Positions 62,302-64,000 of a stretch of DNA of 64,000 bases are shown one piece after another (within the stretch, counting starts at the first letter, position 1; each line of letters begins with the position of its first letter). Both the position numbers and the translations under genes were made by a program. The notes beneath the pieces are model-generated. The model did no database searches, was not told the DNA's origin, and was given only the letters and a program-made list of their open reading frames with translations. This DNA comes from an uncultured Nitrospiraceae bacterium (GTDB lineage: Bacteria > Nitrospirota > Nitrospiria > Nitrospirales > Nitrospiraceae): contig CAVPLT010000001.1 of the NCBI GenBank assembly GCA_963706325.1, forward strand, positions 1,152,001 to 1,216,000, in the 5' to 3' direction.

Positions 62302-63973
62302 CCAGAACCTGCCCTCGGTGACGATCCTCATTCCTTGTCGGAATGAGGAGGCGTTCATCGGAGCCTGCCTTGACTCGCTTATTCTCAATAGGTACCCCGT
62401 CGACCGCCTCGACATTCTCATTGTCGATGGCGTCAGCACTGACAACACACGGACGATCGTTGGCCGCTTCGCCCAATCATATCCCCACATCCGCCTAATC
62501 GAAAATTACGCCGGGACCATCCCGGCCGCAATGAATGTCGGCATCAGCCGGTCCTGCGGTCAAGTCGTGATGAAGGTGGACGCGCATTCCACATACCCTC
62601 ACGACTACATCGAGGCCTGCGTCCGTTATTTGTTTACCCATACTGCGAAGATGGTCGGAGGGGTCTGTGCTATTGCGCCCCGCGCACGAACCGTCGTGGC
62701 CGAATCGATCGCCCTCGCCCTCGCTCACCGATTCGCTTCGGGCAATGCCTACATCAAGGTCGGCACGGCCGAGCCCCGTTGGGCGGATTCGGCCGCGTTC
62801 GGATGCTGGAGGCGGGAAACCCTGGAGGAACTCGGGGGCTTCGATGAGCGGTTCACCGGAAGCTCGGATATGGATCTGAACAGGAGGCTTCGGAGCCGGG
62901 GGGGAAGAATTTTGCTTGTGCCGCAGATCAAGGTGACCTACTACGCGGACGCTGACCTGACGTCATTTTGGCAGCACAACTTCAGCGACGGGGTCTGGAC
63001 CACCTTTGCGTTGAAGTTCGGCAGGCACGCCAGTTCCTGGAGGCATTGGATTCCCTTCGCCTTGATCATGTCATTGGCTGCGGCGGGGATAGCGCTGTGG
63101 GTCCATCCGATCTTCGCCTGGCTGTTGGCGGCCATTGGAGGATCCTACGCCCTGATGGCTCTCGCGGCCTCGGCTCAATTGTCGGTCAGGATGAAGAGCT
63201 CGGCATATCTGATCACGCTGCCGATCGTTTTTGCGGTGAGGCATTTCGCTCACGGGCTCGGCGCAGTCTACGGCCTCGTCCTGTTGGCCTTGCCGGGGCT
63301 GTCATGGCGGGGAAGACGGACGGATGGAAACGTCCGAGGGTACCCCGGGCAGAGGCTGTTGAACCTTCTTGGAGCGTTGGTAGGTCTGGTCATCATGTCG
63401 CCGGTTTTGATCGTCCTGGGCTTGCTGGTGAAATTGGACTCCCCCGGTCCCGTCTTGTATCGTGGCGAGCGTCTGGGCCGATTGGGGAAGCCGTTTCACA
63501 TCCTAAAGTTCAGGACCATGGTCGAGTCCCCGCAGAAGACTGCCCCCATCACAGTGGAAGGAGATGGCCGCATTACGAGGGTCGGCCGGTTCCTTCGAAG
63601 GTCCAAGCTGGACGAGTTGCCGCAACTTTTCAATGTCATGAAGGGGGAGATGAGTCTCGTCGGCCCACGGCCAGAATGTGCCTACTATTTTCAATATTAT
63701 GCGGAAGAAGAACGACGCCTGATTCATTCGGTGCGACCCGGGTTGACGGATTACGGGTCATTGCGTTTCCATGATGAAGGTCGCTTGCTCGCCGGCTCGC
63801 CCGATCCGGTGAAATTCTATTTGGAGCGGATACGTCGCGAAAAGGTTGACGAGCAGCTGCGGTATATTCGCGAGCAGTCCTTCCTCACCGATCTGAAGAT
63901 CATTGTGAGGACTATTGTGACCATCATCATAACCAGGCTGAAACGGGATCGGACCGCTCAGCCTATCGGCTAG
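62291..63973 (+). CDS. Fusion of an ExoA-like GT2 glycosyltransferase and a monotopic phosphoglycosyl transferase (bacterial sugar transferase domain)
   Basis: N-terminus: IPCRNEE, VDGVSTD, VDAH, GGFDE and three TM segments. C-terminus: [43 protein letters not shown] and RPGLT. Confidence 0.88.
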   Translation: MSNNQNLPSVTILIPCRNEEAFIGACLDSLILNRYPVDRLDILIVDGVSTDNTRTIVGRFAQSYPHIRLIENYAGTIPAAMNVGISRSCGQVVMKVDAHSTYPHDYIEACVRYLFTHTAKMVGGVCAIAPRARTVVAESIALALAHRFASGNAYIKVGTAEPRWADSAAFGCWRRETLEELGGFDERFTGSSDMDLNRRLRSRGGRILLVPQIKVTYYADADLTSFWQHNFSDGVWTTFALKFGRHASSWRHWIPFALIMSLAAAGIALWVHPIFAWLLAAIGGSYALMALAASAQLSVRMKSSAYLITLPIVFAVRHFAHGLGAVYGLVLLALPGLSWRGRRTDGNVRGYPGQRLLNLLGALVGLVIMSPVLIVLGLLVKLDSPGPVLYRGERLGRLGKPFHILKFRTMVESPQKTAPITVEGDGRITRVGRFLRRSKLDELPQLFNVMKGEMSLVGPRPECAYYFQYYAEEERRLIHSVRPGLTDYGSLRFHDEGRLLAGSPDPVKFYLERIRREKVDEQLRYIREQSFLTDLKIIVRTIVTIIITRLKRDRTAQPIG

Positions 63974-64000
63974 GTTAGTTCGACGGAATCCGCTGACAGT

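Overview
Core-genome window of a chemolithoautotroph. Gene content and order point to a Nitrospira-like (Nitrospirota) bacterium; this is inferred from gene content, not from a database search. From left to right: (1) A reductive-TCA carbon-fixation cluster (1-17.6 kb): truncated 2-oxoacid:ferredoxin oxidoreductase alpha subunit, ATP-citrate lyase aclBA, aconitase, monomeric IDH, an anchor-less fumarate reductase pair and sucCD. It is interrupted by a cassette encoding an Rsm22/METTL17-like methyltransferase, a double zinc-ribbon protein, a dual-specificity phosphatase, small unknowns and mutM. (2) A B12-dependent radical SAM gene, DUF72, ahcY and metK. (3) A system II cytochrome c maturation operon. 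(4) A geranylgeranyl-reductase-family gene, bamD, fabH, DUF47-pit and phoR/phoB. (5) An isoprenoid/hopanoid supercluster: ispH, smc, shc, hpnG-like, mlaEFDC, a POTRA-less Omp85, a second beta-barrel, dxs and ispG. (6) tRNA-Cys, then outer-membrane genes including an internally duplicated 'two-barrel' protein, divergent from a surface-polysaccharide operon (MurJ-like flippase, SGNH protein, GT4, Wzy-like polymerase, GT2-phosphoglycosyltransferase fusion). I saw no CRISPR array, integrase, transposase or rRNA. The best candidates for undescribed biology are the tandem-barrel OMP paired with the polysaccharide locus, the shc-linked Mla/Omp85 lipid-transport module, and the METTL17-like/Zn-ribbon/phosphatase cassette inside the rTCA cluster.
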